Shown here: in pieces, positions 50,001 through 62,691 of the stretch | How positions within the stretch are numbered: position 1 is the stretch's first letter | Layout: every line of letters starts with the position of its first letter | DNA from: Macrostomum hystrix | Lineage: Eukaryota; Animalia; Platyhelminthes | DNA length: 64,000 nt | Reading direction: 5' to 3' | Assembly: GCA_950097015.1 (NCBI GenBank) | Contig: CATNEN010000025.1 | Coordinates: 62,001 to 126,000, forward strand | Translations under genes and position numbers: made by a program | Notes under the pieces: generated by a model | Told to the model about the DNA's origin: nothing | The model's database searches: none | The model's input: the letters and a program-made list of their open reading frames with translations, nothing else

Positions 50001-53000
50001 CAGGTGTGCTCATAATGAGATTGAAATGATGTATCCAAAGTGAGATTGAACAGGTGTACTCAAAAGTTAAATTGAACAGGTGTGCTCATAATGAGATTGA
50101 AATGTATCCAAAGTGAGATTGAACAGGTGTACTCAAAAGTTAGATTGAACAGGTGTGCTCATAATGAGATTGAAATGATGTATCCAAAGTGAGATTGAAC
50201 AGGTGTACTCAAAAGTTAAATTGAACAGGTGTGCTCATAATGAGATTGAAATGTATCCAAAGTGAGATTGAACAGGTGTACTCAAAAGTGAGATTGAACA
50301 GGTGTGCTCATAATGAGATTGAAATGATGTATCCAAAGTGAGATTGAACAGGTGTACTCAAAAGTGAGATTGAACAGGTGTGCTCATAATGAGATTGAAA
50401 TGATGTATCCAAAGTGAGATTGAACAGGTGTACTCAAAAGTGAGATTGAACAGGTGTGCTCATAATGAGATTGAAATGATGTATCCAAAGTGAGATTGAA
50501 CAGGTGTACTCAAAAGTGAGATTGAACAGGTGTGCTCATAATGAGATTGAAATGATGTATCCAAAGTGAGATTGAACAGGTGTACTCAAAGTGAGATTGA
50601 ACAGGTGTGCTCATAATGAGATTGAAATGATGTATCCAAAGTGAGATTGAACAGGTGTACTCAAAGTGAGATTGAACAGGTGTGCTCATAATGAGATTGA
50701 AATGATGTATCCAAAGTGAGATTGAACAGGTGTACTCAAAAGTTAAATTGAACAGGTGTGCTCATAATGAGATTGAAATGTATCCAAAGTGAGATTGAAC
50801 AGGTGTACTCAAAAGTTAGATTGAACAGGTGTGCTCATAATGAGATTGAAATGATGTATCCAAAGTGAGATTGAACAGGTGTACTCAAAAGTTAAATTGA
50901 ACAGGTGTGCTCATAATGAGATTGAAATGTATCCAAAGTGAGATTGAACAGGTGTACTCAAAAGTTAGATTGAACAGGTGTGCTCATAATGAGATTGAAA
51001 TGATGTATCCAAAGTGAGATTGAACAGGTGTACTCAAAAGTTAAATTGAACAGGTGTGCTCATAATGAGATTGAAATGATGTATCCAAAGTGAGATTGAA
51101 CAGGTGTACTCAAAAGTTAGATTGAACAGGTGTGCTCATAATGAGATTGAAATGATGTATCCAAAGTGAGATTGAACAGGTGTACTCAAAAGTGAGATTG
51201 AACAGGTGTGCTCATAATGAGATTGAAATGATGTATCCAAAGTGAGATTGAACAGGTGTACTCAAAAGTGAGATTGAACAGGTGTGCTCATAATGAGATT
51301 GAAATGATGTATCCAAAGTGAGATTGAACAGGTGTACTCAAAGTGAGATTGAACAGGTGTGCTCATAATGAGATTGAAATGATGTATCCAAAGTGAGATT
51401 GAACAGGTGTACTCAAAGTGAGATTGAACAGGTGTGCTCATAATGAGATTGAAATGATGTATCCAAAGTGAGATTGAACAGGTGTACTCAAAAGTTAGAT
51501 TGAACAGGTGTGCTCATAATGAGATTGAAATGATGTATCCAAAGTGAGATTGAACAGGTGTACTCAAAGTGAGATTGAACAGGTGTATTCATAATGAGAT
51601 TGAAATGATGTATCCAAAGTGAGATTGAACAGGTGTACTCAAAAGTTAAATTGAACAGGTGTGCTCATAATGAGATTGAAATGTATCCAAAGTGAGATTG
51701 AACAGGTGTACTCAAAAGTTAGATTGAACAGGTGTGCTCATAATGAGATTGAAATGATGTATCCAAAGTGAGATTGAACAGGTGTACTCAAAAGTTAAAT
51801 TGAACAGGTGTGCTCATAATGAGATTGAAATGTATCCAAAGTGAGATTGAACAGGTGTACTCAAAAGTTAGATTGAACAGGTGTGCTCATAATGAGATTG
51901 AAATGATGTATCCAAAGTGAGATTGAACAGGTGTACTCAAAAGTTAAATTGAACAGGTGTGCTCATAATGAGATTGAAATGTATCCAAAGTGAGATTGAA
52001 CAGGTGTACTCAAAAGTTAGATTGAACAGGTGTGCTCATAATGAGATTGAAATGATGTATCCAAAGTGAGATTGAACAGGTGTACTCAAAAGTTAAATTG
52101 AACAGGTGTGCTCATAATGAGATTGAAATGATGTATCCAAAGTGAGATTGAACAGGTGTACTCAAAAGTTAGATTGAACAGGTGTGCTCATAATGAGATT
52201 GAAATGATGTATCCAAAGTGAGATTGAACAGGTGTACTCAAAAGTTAGATTGAACAGGTGTGCTCATAATGAGATTGAAATGATGTATCCAAAGTGAGAT
52301 TGAACAGGTGTACTCAAAAGTTAGATTGAACAGGTGTGCTCATAATGAGATTGAAATGATGTATCCAAAGTGAGATTGAACAGGTGTACTCAAAAGTGAG
52401 ATTGAACAGGTGTGCTCATAATGAGATTGAAATGATGTATCCAAAGTGAGATTGAACAGGTGTACTCAAAAGTGAGATTGAACAGGTGTGCTCATAATGA
52501 GATTGAAATGATGTATCCAAAGTGAGATTGAACAGGTGTACTCAAAGTGAGATTGAACAGGTGTGCTCATAATGAGATTGAAATGATGTATCCAAAGTGA
52601 GATTGAACAGGTGTACTCAAAAGTTAGATTGAACAGGTGTGCTCATAATGAGATTGAAATGATGGATCCAAAGTGAGATTGAACAGGTGTATTTAAAGTG
52701 AGATTGAACAGGTGTGCTCATAATGAGATTGAAATGATGTATCCAAAGTGAGATTGAACAGGTGTACTCAAAAGTTAAATTGAACAGGTGTGCTCATAAT
52801 GAGATTGAAATGTATCCAAAGTGAGATTGAACAGGTGTACTCAAAAGTTAGATTGAACAGGTGTGCTCATAATGAGATTGAAATGATGTATCCAAAGTGA
52901 GATTGAACAGGTGTACTCAAAAGTTAAATTGAACAGGTGTGCTCATAATGAGATTGAAATGTATCCAAAGTGAGATTGAACAGGTGTACTCAAAAGTGAG

Positions 53001-55937
53001 ATTGAACAGGTGTGCTCATAATGAGATTGAAATGATGTATCCAAAGTGAGATTGAACAGGTGTACTCAAAGTGAGATTGAACAGGTGTGCTCATAATGAG
53101 ATTGAAATGATGTATCCAAAGTGAGATTGAACAGGTGTACTCAAAAGTGAGATTGAACAGGTGTGCTCATAATGAGATTGAAATGATGTATCCAAAGTGA
53201 GATTGAACAGGTGTACTCAAAAGTGAGATTGAACAGGTGTGCTCATAATGAGATTGAAATGATGTATCCAAAGTGAGATTGAACAGGTGTACTCAAAGTG
53301 AGATTGAACAGGTGTGCTCATAATGAGATTGAAATGATGTATCCAAAGTGAGATTGAACAGGTGTACTCAAAGTGAGATTGAACAGGTGTGCTCATAATG
53401 AGATTGAAATGATGTATCCAAAGTGAGATTGAACAGGTGTACTCAAAAGTTAAATTGAACAGGTGTGCTCATAATGAGATTGAAATGTATCCAAAGTGAG
53501 ATTGAACAGGTGTACTCAAAAGTTAGATTGAACAGGTGTGCTCATAATGAGATTGAAATGATGTATCCAAAGTGAGATTGAACAGGTGTACTCAAAAGTT
53601 AAATTGAACAGGTGTGCTCATAATGAGATTGAAATGTATCCAAAGTGAGATTGAACAGGTGTACTCAAAAGTTAGATTGAACAGGTGTGCTCATAATGAG
53701 ATTGAAATGATGTATCCAAAGTGAGATTGAACAGGTGTACTCAAAAGTTAAATTGAACAGGTGTGCTCATAATGAGATTGAAATGTATCCAAAGTGAGAT
53801 TGAACAGGTGTACTCAAAAGTTAGATTGAACAGGTGTGCTCATAATGAGATTGAAATGATGTATCCAAAGTGAGATTGAACAGGTGTACTCAAAAGTTAA
53901 ATTGAACAGGTGTGCTCATAATGAGATTGAAATGATGTATCCAAAGTGAGATTGAACAGGTGTACTCAAAAGTTAGATTGAACAGGTGTGCTCATAATGA
54001 GATTGAAATGATGTATCCAAAGTGAGATTGAACAGGTGTACTCAAAAGTTAGATTGAACAGGTGTGCTCATAATGAGATTGAAATGATGTATCCAAAGTG
54101 AGATTGAACAGGTGTACTCAAAAGTTAGATTGAACAGGTGTGCTCATAATGAGATTGAAATGATGTATCCAAAGTGAGATTGAACAGGTGTACTCAAAAG
54201 TGAGATTGAACAGGTGTGCTCATAATGAGATTGAAATGATGTATCCAAAGTGAGATTGAACAGGTGTACTCAAAAGTGAGATTGAACAGGTGTGCTCATA
54301 ATGAGATTGAAATGATGTATCCAAAGTGAGATTGAACAGGTGTACTCAAAGTGAGATTGAACAGGTGTGCTCATAATGAGATTGAAATGATGTATCCAAA
54401 GTGAGATTGAACAGGTGTACTCAAAAGTTAGATTGAACAGGTGTGCTCATAATGAGATTGAAATGATAGATCCAAAGTGAGATTGAACAGGTGTATTTAA
54501 AGTGAGATTGAACAGGTGTGCTCATAATGAGATTGAAATGATGTATCCAAAGTGAGATTGAACAGGTGTACTCAAAAGTTAAATTGAACAGGTGTGCTCA
54601 TAATGAGATTGAAATGTATCCAAAGTGAGATTGAACAGGTGTACTCAAAAGTTAGATTGAACAGGTGTGCTCATAATGAGATTGAAATGATGTATCCAAA
54701 GTGAGATTGAACAGGTGTACTCAAAAGTTCAATTGAACAGGTGTGCTCATAATGAGATTGAAATGTATCCAAAGTGAGATTGCACAGGTGTACTCAAAAG
54801 TGAGATTGAACAGGTGTGCTCATAATGAGATTGAAATGATGTATCCAAAGTGAGATTGAACAGGTGTACTCAAAAGTTAAATTGAACAGGTGTGCTCATA
54901 ATGAGATTGAAATGATGTATCCAAAGTGAGATTGAACAGGTGTACTCAAAAGTGAGATTGAACAGGTGTGCTCATAATGAGATTGAAATGATGTATCCAA
55001 AGTGAGATTGAACAGGTGTACTCAAAAGTGAGATTGAACAGGTGTGCTCATAATGAGATTGAAATGATGTATCCAAAGTGAGATTGAACAGGTGTACTCA
55101 AAGTGAGATTGAACAGGTGTGCTCATAATGAGATTGAAATGATGTATCCAAAGTGAGATTGAACAGGTGTACTCAAAGTGAGATTGAACAGGTGTGCTCA
55201 TAATGAGATTGAAATGATGTATCCAAAGTGAGATTGAACAGGTGTACTCAAAAGTTAAATTGAACAGGTGTGCTCATAATGAGATTGAAATGTATCCAAA
55301 GTGAGATTGAACAGGTGTACTCAAAAGTTAGATTGAACAGGTGTGCTCATAATGAGATTGAAATGATGTATCCAAAGTGAGATTGAACAGGTGTACTCAA
55401 AAGTTAAATTGAACAGGTGTGCTCATAATGAGATTGAAATGTATCCAAAGTGAGATTGAACAGGTGTACTCAAAAGTTAGATTGAACAGGTGTGCTCATA
55501 ATGAGATTGAAATGATGTATCCAAAGTGAGATTGAACAGGTGTACTCAAAAGTTAGATTGAACAGGTGTGCTCATAATGAGATTGAAATGATGTATCCAA
55601 AGTGAGATTGAACAGGTGTACTCAAAAGTGAGATTGAACAGGTGTGCTCATAATGAGATTGAAATGATGTATCCAAAGTGAGATTGAACAGGTGTACTCA
55701 AAAGTTAAATTGAACAGGTGTGCTCATAATGAGATTGAAATGTATCCAAAGTGAGATTGAACAGGTGTACTCAAAAGTTAGATTGAACAGGTGTGCTCAT
55801 AATGAGATTGAAATGATGTATCCAAAGTGAGATTGAACAGGTGTACTCAAAGTTGAATTGAACAGGCGTACTCAAAGTGAGATTGAACAGGTGTACTCAT
55901 AATGAGATTGAAATGATGTACTCAAAACGAGATTAAA
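47041..55937. repeat. 8.9-kb satellite of 72-76-bp trimers built from a 25-bp monomer
   Basis: Subunits ccaaagtgagattgaacaggtgta / ctcaaaagttagattgaacaggtgtg / ctcataatgagattgaaatgatgtat; monomer-like diverged edges. Confidence 0.97.
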
Positions 55938-56372
55938 CTGTTGTTGAACATTTATACAAAATAAATTTGACATGGCTAAACTAAATAATGTAAATTAGGG
56001 GAAAATGAACAAAAAAAGCTTGTGATTTTCGGACAATAGTAACAGACTACAATGTGTGATTTATTGCTCGATAAGAAATATACGCATTTGTATTGCACAG
56101 GTAAACTTAATAAACAAATAACAGCACGAAAAATAGCAACTTGCGTTGTTAATACAAAAATAGATTTAGCATTGCAAATTTCTTGAATATGAAACAATCC
56201 GATATGCTTAAACATTTCGGACCAGAGCTTGACTATTCATTAGAAATCAATGGGCAAGCATAATTGAAATCAACTAAAAACTATTTAGTACAGCATTACA
56301 TCATTTTAGAATGATTCGGTAGTGTAAATTACATTCAGGTAATAGAGTGCAAAGTATAGTCCGTGACAAGAA

Positions 56373-57307
56373 TATAGACAGACGGATCCTATAGACAGGC
56401 TCATAGACAGACAGATCCTACAGACAGGCTCATAGACAGACGGATCCTATAGACAGGCTCATAGACAGACAGATCCTACAGACAGGCTCATAGACAGACG
56501 GATCCTATAGACAGGCTCATAGACAGACAGACAGATCCTACAGACAGGCTCATAGACAGACAGATCCTACAGACAGGCTCATAGACAGACAGATCCTACA
56601 GACAGGCTCATAGACAGATCCTACAGACAGGCTCATAGACAGACAGATCCTACAGACAGGCTCATAGACATACAGATCCTACAGACAGGCTCATAGACAG
56701 ACAGATCCTACAGACATGCTCATAGACAGACAGAGAGATCCTACAGACAGGCTCACAGACAGACAGATCCTATAGACAGGCTCATAAACAGACAGATCCT
56801 ACAGACAGGCTCATAGACAGACAGATCCTACAGACAGGCTCATAGACAGACAGATCCTATAGACAGGCTCATAGACAGACAGATCCTATAGACAGGCTCA
56901 TAGACAGACAGACAGATCCTACAGACAGGCTCATAGACAGACAGACAGATCCTACAGACAGGCTCATAGACAGACAGATCCTATAGACAGGCTCATAGAC
57001 AGACAGACAGATCCTACAGACAGGCTCATAGACAGACAGACAGATCCTACAGACAGGCTCATAGACAGACAGATCCTACAGACAGGCTAATAGACAGACA
57101 GAGAGATCCTACAGACAGGCTCACAGACAGACAGATCCTATAGACAGGCTCATAGACAGACAGATCCTACAGACAGGCTCATAGACAGACAGATCCTACA
57201 GACAGGCTAATAGACAGATCCTACAGACAGGCTCATAGACAGATCCTACAGACAGGCTCATAGATAGACAGACAGATCCTACAGACAGGCTCATAGACAG
57301 ACAGACA
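56373..57307. repeat. About 25-33-bp compound minisatellite with variable (caga)n
   Basis: Unit atagacagacagatcctacagacaggctc with 1-4 caga tetramers. Confidence 0.95.
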
Positions 57308-57774
57308 ACAAAAAGAATGGTCCGATGCACACAATGCTACTGCAGCAAGTACAGTGCTGTAGTAATGGTGGTTGTATTTCACTGGGAAAATTGAGGATAA
57401 AAACTGACTCCAAAATATTCCAGTGTAGTGGTCAGTTAAAACAAGGTAGTCAGGATAAGATAATTATCTTTAAACCAAAACCAACATGCTTAGCAGAGAT
57501 AAAAAACCCGGAAACATTATGTTAAAAACTGAGTCGCGCGAGTGACCACGATTATTTATGAATTCTCCAGTTTTTATTACGGAAGTAAAGATTTTATGGA
57601 CAGGAAATTTATCACAGGCAGTTAATGTGCTTTGCAAGCCGAAACAGGTCAGTTAAATACTAAAAAACTAGCATACTGTTATTTTGGCAAATAGATATGC
57701 TTTTGAATACAATTAGATACATTTGTTTGTTAAATATATTGATGTCGCTAGATCAAGCTAACCGCTCAAATCTG

Positions 57775-58701
57775 GGATGTTTGTTAAACTCAATCAGAGG
57801 ATCTGGTATGCATACCAACTCAATCAGGAGATCTGGGATGTTTACCAACTCAATCAGGGGATCTGGGATGTTTAACAACTCAATCAGGGGATCTGGGATG
57901 TTTAACAAACCAATCAGGGGATCTGGGATGTTTACCAACTCAATTAGGGGATCTGGGACGTTTAACAACTCAATCAGGGGATCTGGGATGTTTAACAAAC
58001 CAATTAGAGAATCTGGGACGTTTAATAAACCAATCAGGGGATCTGGGATGTTTAACAAACCAATCAAGGGATCTGGGATGTTTAACAAACCAATCAGGGG
58101 ATCTGGGGTGTTTACCAACTCAATAAGGGGATCTGGGATGTTTAACAAACCAATAAGGGGATGTGCGATGTTTAACAACTCAATCAGGGGATCTGGGATG
58201 CTTAACAAACCAATCAGGGGATCTGGGATGTTTACCAACTCAATCAGGGGATCTGGGATGTTTAACAAACCAATTAGGGGATCTGGGATGTTTACCAACT
58301 CAATCAGGGGATCTGGGATGCTTAGCGACCTAATCAGGGGATCTGGGCTGTTTACCAACTCAATCAGGGGATCTGGGATGTTTACCAACTCAATCAGAGG
58401 ATCTGGGATGTTTAGCGACCCAATCAAGGGATCTGGGATGTTTACCAACTCAATCAGGGGATCTGGGATGTTTAACAAACCAATTAGGGGATCTGGGATG
58501 TTTACCAACTCAATCAGGGGATCTGGGATGTTTACCAACTCAATCAGGGGATCTGGGATGTTTACCAACTCAATCAGGGGATCTGGGATGTTTAAGAAAA
58601 CAATCAGGGGATCTGGGATGTTTAACAAACCAATCAGGGGATCTGGGGTGTTTACCAACTCAATCAGGGGATCTGGGATGTTTAAGAAAACAATCAGAGG
58701 A
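57775..58701. repeat. 30-bp minisatellite beginning about 30 nt after the WDR44 stop, about 31 copies
   Basis: Unit caatcaggggatctgggatgtttaccaact. Confidence 0.96.
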
Positions 58702-58729
58702 TAAAAAAGCCAAGTAAAATCCCAAAAGA

Positions 58730-59066
58730 TCAAGCCTTATTCTTAAACACCCGCAGGCAGCCGTCAAAGTCGGCGGTGACAATGATCTCCCCTTTGGAGT
58801 CGCGGGGCAGGCTGCCTCCAGATGGGGCCGGCACCCGGACGGACTCCGGGTCGGCCTGCTCGTAGCTGCGGGCATTCCGCTTGTCCAGCACCAGCAGGGG
58901 CTGCGGCGAGAACACGGCACAGGTGACCACAGCAGGGCTGGCCCGGATGGCCTCCCAGAATGCGTTGCGATCGCTGCGCACAACGCTAAACCTGGACTGA
59001 CGCTTGAAGCCGTGCTCGGTGCGCCACAGATAAAAGCAGCTGTCCTCCGAGCCGCTGATCACATAC
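58730..59066 (-). CDS. WDR44: WD repeat-containing protein 44 (rabphilin-11), last exon
   Basis: Acceptor gggcag|G completes AG|G; YVISGSEDSCFYLW...RSDRNAFWEAIRASPAVVTCAVFSP...IIVTADFDGCLRVF matches the WDR44 C-terminus (YLVSGSEDKYVYIW..RRDRNDFWEGIKA..). Confidence 0.93.
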
Positions 59067-59096
59067 CTGCCCAGTGTGAGACAGTGGGACGTGAGG

Positions 59097-61717
59097 TGTG
59101 TAGGACGTGTAATCCTACTAATAAGTGGCAAAACGTTAAACCTAATTATCCACAACTCGTTAATCCTACCGACTAGCAAAGCGTCAATCCTACAAAGAGG
59201 CAAATAGTTAATTCTAATTATCGACAAGTTGCCGATCCTACTGACTCACATAAGCGTTATTCCGAATTAACGACAAGTTGTTAATCCTTTAAATCCACAA
59301 CTCGTTAATCCTTTAAATCCACAAATCGTTAATCCTTTAAATCCACAACTAGTTAATCCTTTAAACCCACAACTCGTTAATCCTTTAAATCCACAACTCG
59401 TTAATCCTTTAAATCCACAACTCGTTAATTCTACTATTTCACAACTAGTTAATCCTACTATTTCACAACTAGTTAATCCTACTATTTCACAACTAGTTAA
59501 TCCTACTATTTCACAACTAGTTAATCCTACTATTTCACAACTAGTTAATCCTACTATTTCACAACTAGTTAATCCTACTATTTCACAACTAGTTAATCCT
59601 ACAAATTCACAACTAGTTAATCCCACTATTTCACAACTAGTTAATCCTACTATTTCACAACTAGTTAATCCTACTATTTCACAACTAGTTAATCCTACAA
59701 ATTCACAACTAGTTAATCCTACAAATTCACAACTAGTTAATCCTACAAATTCACAACTAGTTAATCCTACAAATTCACAACTAGTTAATTCTACTATTTC
59801 ACAACTAGTTAATCCTACTATTTCACAACTAGTTAATCCTACTATTTCACAACTAGTTAATCCTACTATTTCACAACTAGTTAATCCTACAAATCCACAA
59901 CTAGTTAATCCTACTATTTCACAACTAGTTAATCCTACAAATCCACAACTAGTTAATCCTACTAATTCACAACTAGTTAATCCCACTAATTCACAACTAG
60001 TTAATCCCACTAATTCACAACTAGTTAATCCTACAAGTCCACAACTAGTTGATCCTACTAATTCACAACTAGTTAATCCCACTAATTCACAACTAGTTAA
60101 TCCTACTATTTCACAACTAGTTAATCCTACAAATTCACAACTAGTTAATCCTACAAATTCACAACTAGTTAATCCTACTATTTCACAACTAGTTAATCCT
60201 ACTATTTCACAACTAGTTAATCCTACAAATTCACAACTAGTTAATCCTACAAATTCACAACTAGTTAATCCTACTATTTCACAACTAGTTAATCCTACAA
60301 TTTCACAACTAGTTAATCCTACAAATTCACAACTAGTTAATCCCACTATTTCACAACTAGTTAATCCTACTATTTCACAACTAGTTAATCCTACAAATCC
60401 ACAACTAGTTAATCCTACTATTTCACAACTAGTTAATCCTACAAATCCACAACTAGTTAATCCTACTAATTCACAACTAGTTAATCCCACTAATTCACAA
60501 CTAGTTAATCCCACTAATTCACAACTAGTTAATCCTACAAGTCCACAACTAGTTGATCCTACTAATTCACAACTAGTTAATCCCACTAATTCACAACTAG
60601 TTAATCCTACTATTTCACAACTAGTTAATCCTACAAATTCACAACTAGTTAATCCTACAAATTCACAACTAGTTAATCCTACTATTTCACAACTAGTTAA
60701 TCCTACTATTTCACAACTAGTTAATCCTACAAATTCACAACTAGTTAATCCTACAAATTCACAACTAGTTAATCCTACTATTTCACAACTAGTTAATCCT
60801 ACTATTTCACAACTAGTTAATCCTACAAATCCACAACTAGTTAATCCTACTATTTCACAACTAGTTAATCCTACTATTTCACAACTAGTTAATCCTACAA
60901 ATCCACAACTAGTTAATCCTACTAATTCACAACTAGTTAATCCTACAAGTCCACAACTAGTTAATCCTACTAATTCACAACTAGTTAATCCCACTAATTC
61001 ACAACTAGTCAATCCTACTAATTCACAACTAGTTAATCCTACAAGTCCACAACTAGTTAATCCTACTAATTCACAACTAGTTAATCCTACAAGTCCACAA
61101 CTAGTTAATCCTACTAATTCACAACTAGTTAATCCCACTAATTCACAACTAGTTAATCCCACTAATTCACAACTAGTTAATCCTACTAATTCACAACTAG
61201 TTAATCCCACTAATTCACAACTAGTTAATCCCACTAATTCACAACTAGTTAATCCCACTAATTCACAACTATTTAATCCCACTAATTCACAACTAGTTAA
61301 TCCTACTAATTCACAACTAGTTAATCCAACTAATTCACATCTAGTTAATCCTACTAATTCACAACTAGTTAATCCTACAAATCCACAACTAGTTAATCCT
61401 ACTAATTCACAACTAGTTAATCCTACTAATTCACAACTAGTTAATCCTACTAATTCACATCTAGTTAATCCTACTAATTCACAACTAGTTAATCCTACTA
61501 TTTCACAACTAGTTAATCCTACAAATCCACAACTAGTTAATCCTACTAATTCACAACTAGTTAATCCCACTAATTCACAACTAGTTAATCCCACTAATTC
61601 ACAACTAGTTAATCCTACAAGTCCACAACTAGTTGATCCTACTAATTCACAACTAGTTAATCCCACTAATTCACAACTAGTTAATCCTACTAATTCACAA
61701 CTAGTTAATCCTACTAG
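59097..61717. repeat. 24-bp minisatellite filling a WDR44 intron, about 108 copies
   Basis: Unit cacaactagttaatcctactaatt with variants; increasingly degenerate toward 59097. Confidence 0.97.
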
Positions 61718-61796
61718 TTTGTCAGCTGTTAATCATAGCAGCAGAAGAATGCCCTAATCTGACAGGTGTCAAGACAGTTATAAACAAGATTGTCAC

Positions 61797-61960
61797 CTTC
61801 CAGTAGGACTGAAGTGAGCATTGATATGCGACTTATTAGTGGCGCCCTTGTACTTGCAGACAACCTGATAGTCTTTCAGATCAATTAGCCGCTGCCTGGA
61901 ATCGTTGCTGCTCACCAGGATGCGGTTAGCGTCCCCCGGCATGGTTTCGATTCCCGTTAC
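61797..61960 (-). CDS. WDR44: WDR44 internal exon (absent from the ORF track)
   Basis: cgtcag|VTGIETMPGDANRILVSSNDSRQRLIDLKDYQVVCKYKG..HINAHFSPTG(AG)|gtgaca matches ITGIEPLPGENKILVTSNDSRIRLYDLRD..KYKG; 164 nt, phases fit. Confidence 0.93.
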
Positions 61961-62041
61961 CTGACGTTTTTGGTGGGATAAAAATGGGGATGTTATTCCC
62001 GAATTAATAAATATTAACTATCGGAATGGAATAGAATGATC

Positions 62042-62686
62042 AGTGAAGGGAGAGTGGCAGAGCTGTAAAGGGAGAGTGGCAGGGTGGTGAAGGGAGAGTG
62101 GCAGGGTAGTGAAGGGAGAGTGGCAGGGTAGTAAAGGGAGAGTGGCAGGGTAGTGAAGGGAGAGTGGCAGGGTAGTGAAGGGAGAGTGGTAGTTTATTGA
62201 AGGGAGAGTGGCAGGGTAGTGAAGGGAGAGTGGCAGGGTAGTGAAGGGAGAGTAGCAGGGTAGTGAAGGGAGAGTGGCAGGGTGGTAAAGGGAGAGTGGC
62301 AGGGTGGTGACGGGAGAGTGGCAGGGTAGTGAAGGGAGAGTGGCAGAGTGGTGAAGGGAGAGTGGCAGGGTAGTGAAGGGAGAGTGGCAGGGTAGTGAAG
62401 GGAGAGTGGCAGGGCTGTGAAGGGAGAGTGGCAGGGTAGTGAAGGGAGAGTGGCAGGGTAGTGAAGGGAGAGTGGCAGGGTGGTGAAGGGAGAGTGGCAG
62501 GGTGGTGACGGGAGAGTGGCAGGGTAGTGAAGGGAGAGTGGCAGGGTAGTGAAGGGAGAGTGGCAGGGTAGTGAAGGGAGAGTGGCAGGGTAGTGAAGGG
62601 AGAGTGGCAGGGTAGTGAAGGGAGAGTGGCAGGGCTGTGAAGGGAGAGTGGCAGGGTAGTGAAGGGAGAGTGGCAGGCAGTGGCAG
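62042..62686. repeat. 22-bp G-rich minisatellite filling a WDR44 intron, about 29 copies
   Basis: Unit gaagggagagtggcagggtagt. Confidence 0.96.
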
Positions 62687-62691
62687 CACAC

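Noticed and set aside
57697-58733. 335-aa and 326-aa ORFs; possible frameshift extension of WDR44
   Set aside because: They are translations of the 30-bp array. The minus-strand frame is closed by TAA at 58739-58737 and there is no slippery heptamer.
59267-61666. 799-aa ORF (VGLTSCEL)n as a repeat protein
   Set aside because: It is a translation of the 24-bp intronic array. Read-through from the upstream exon hits TGA immediately (AG|G TGA), and the WDR44 exons join cleanly around it.
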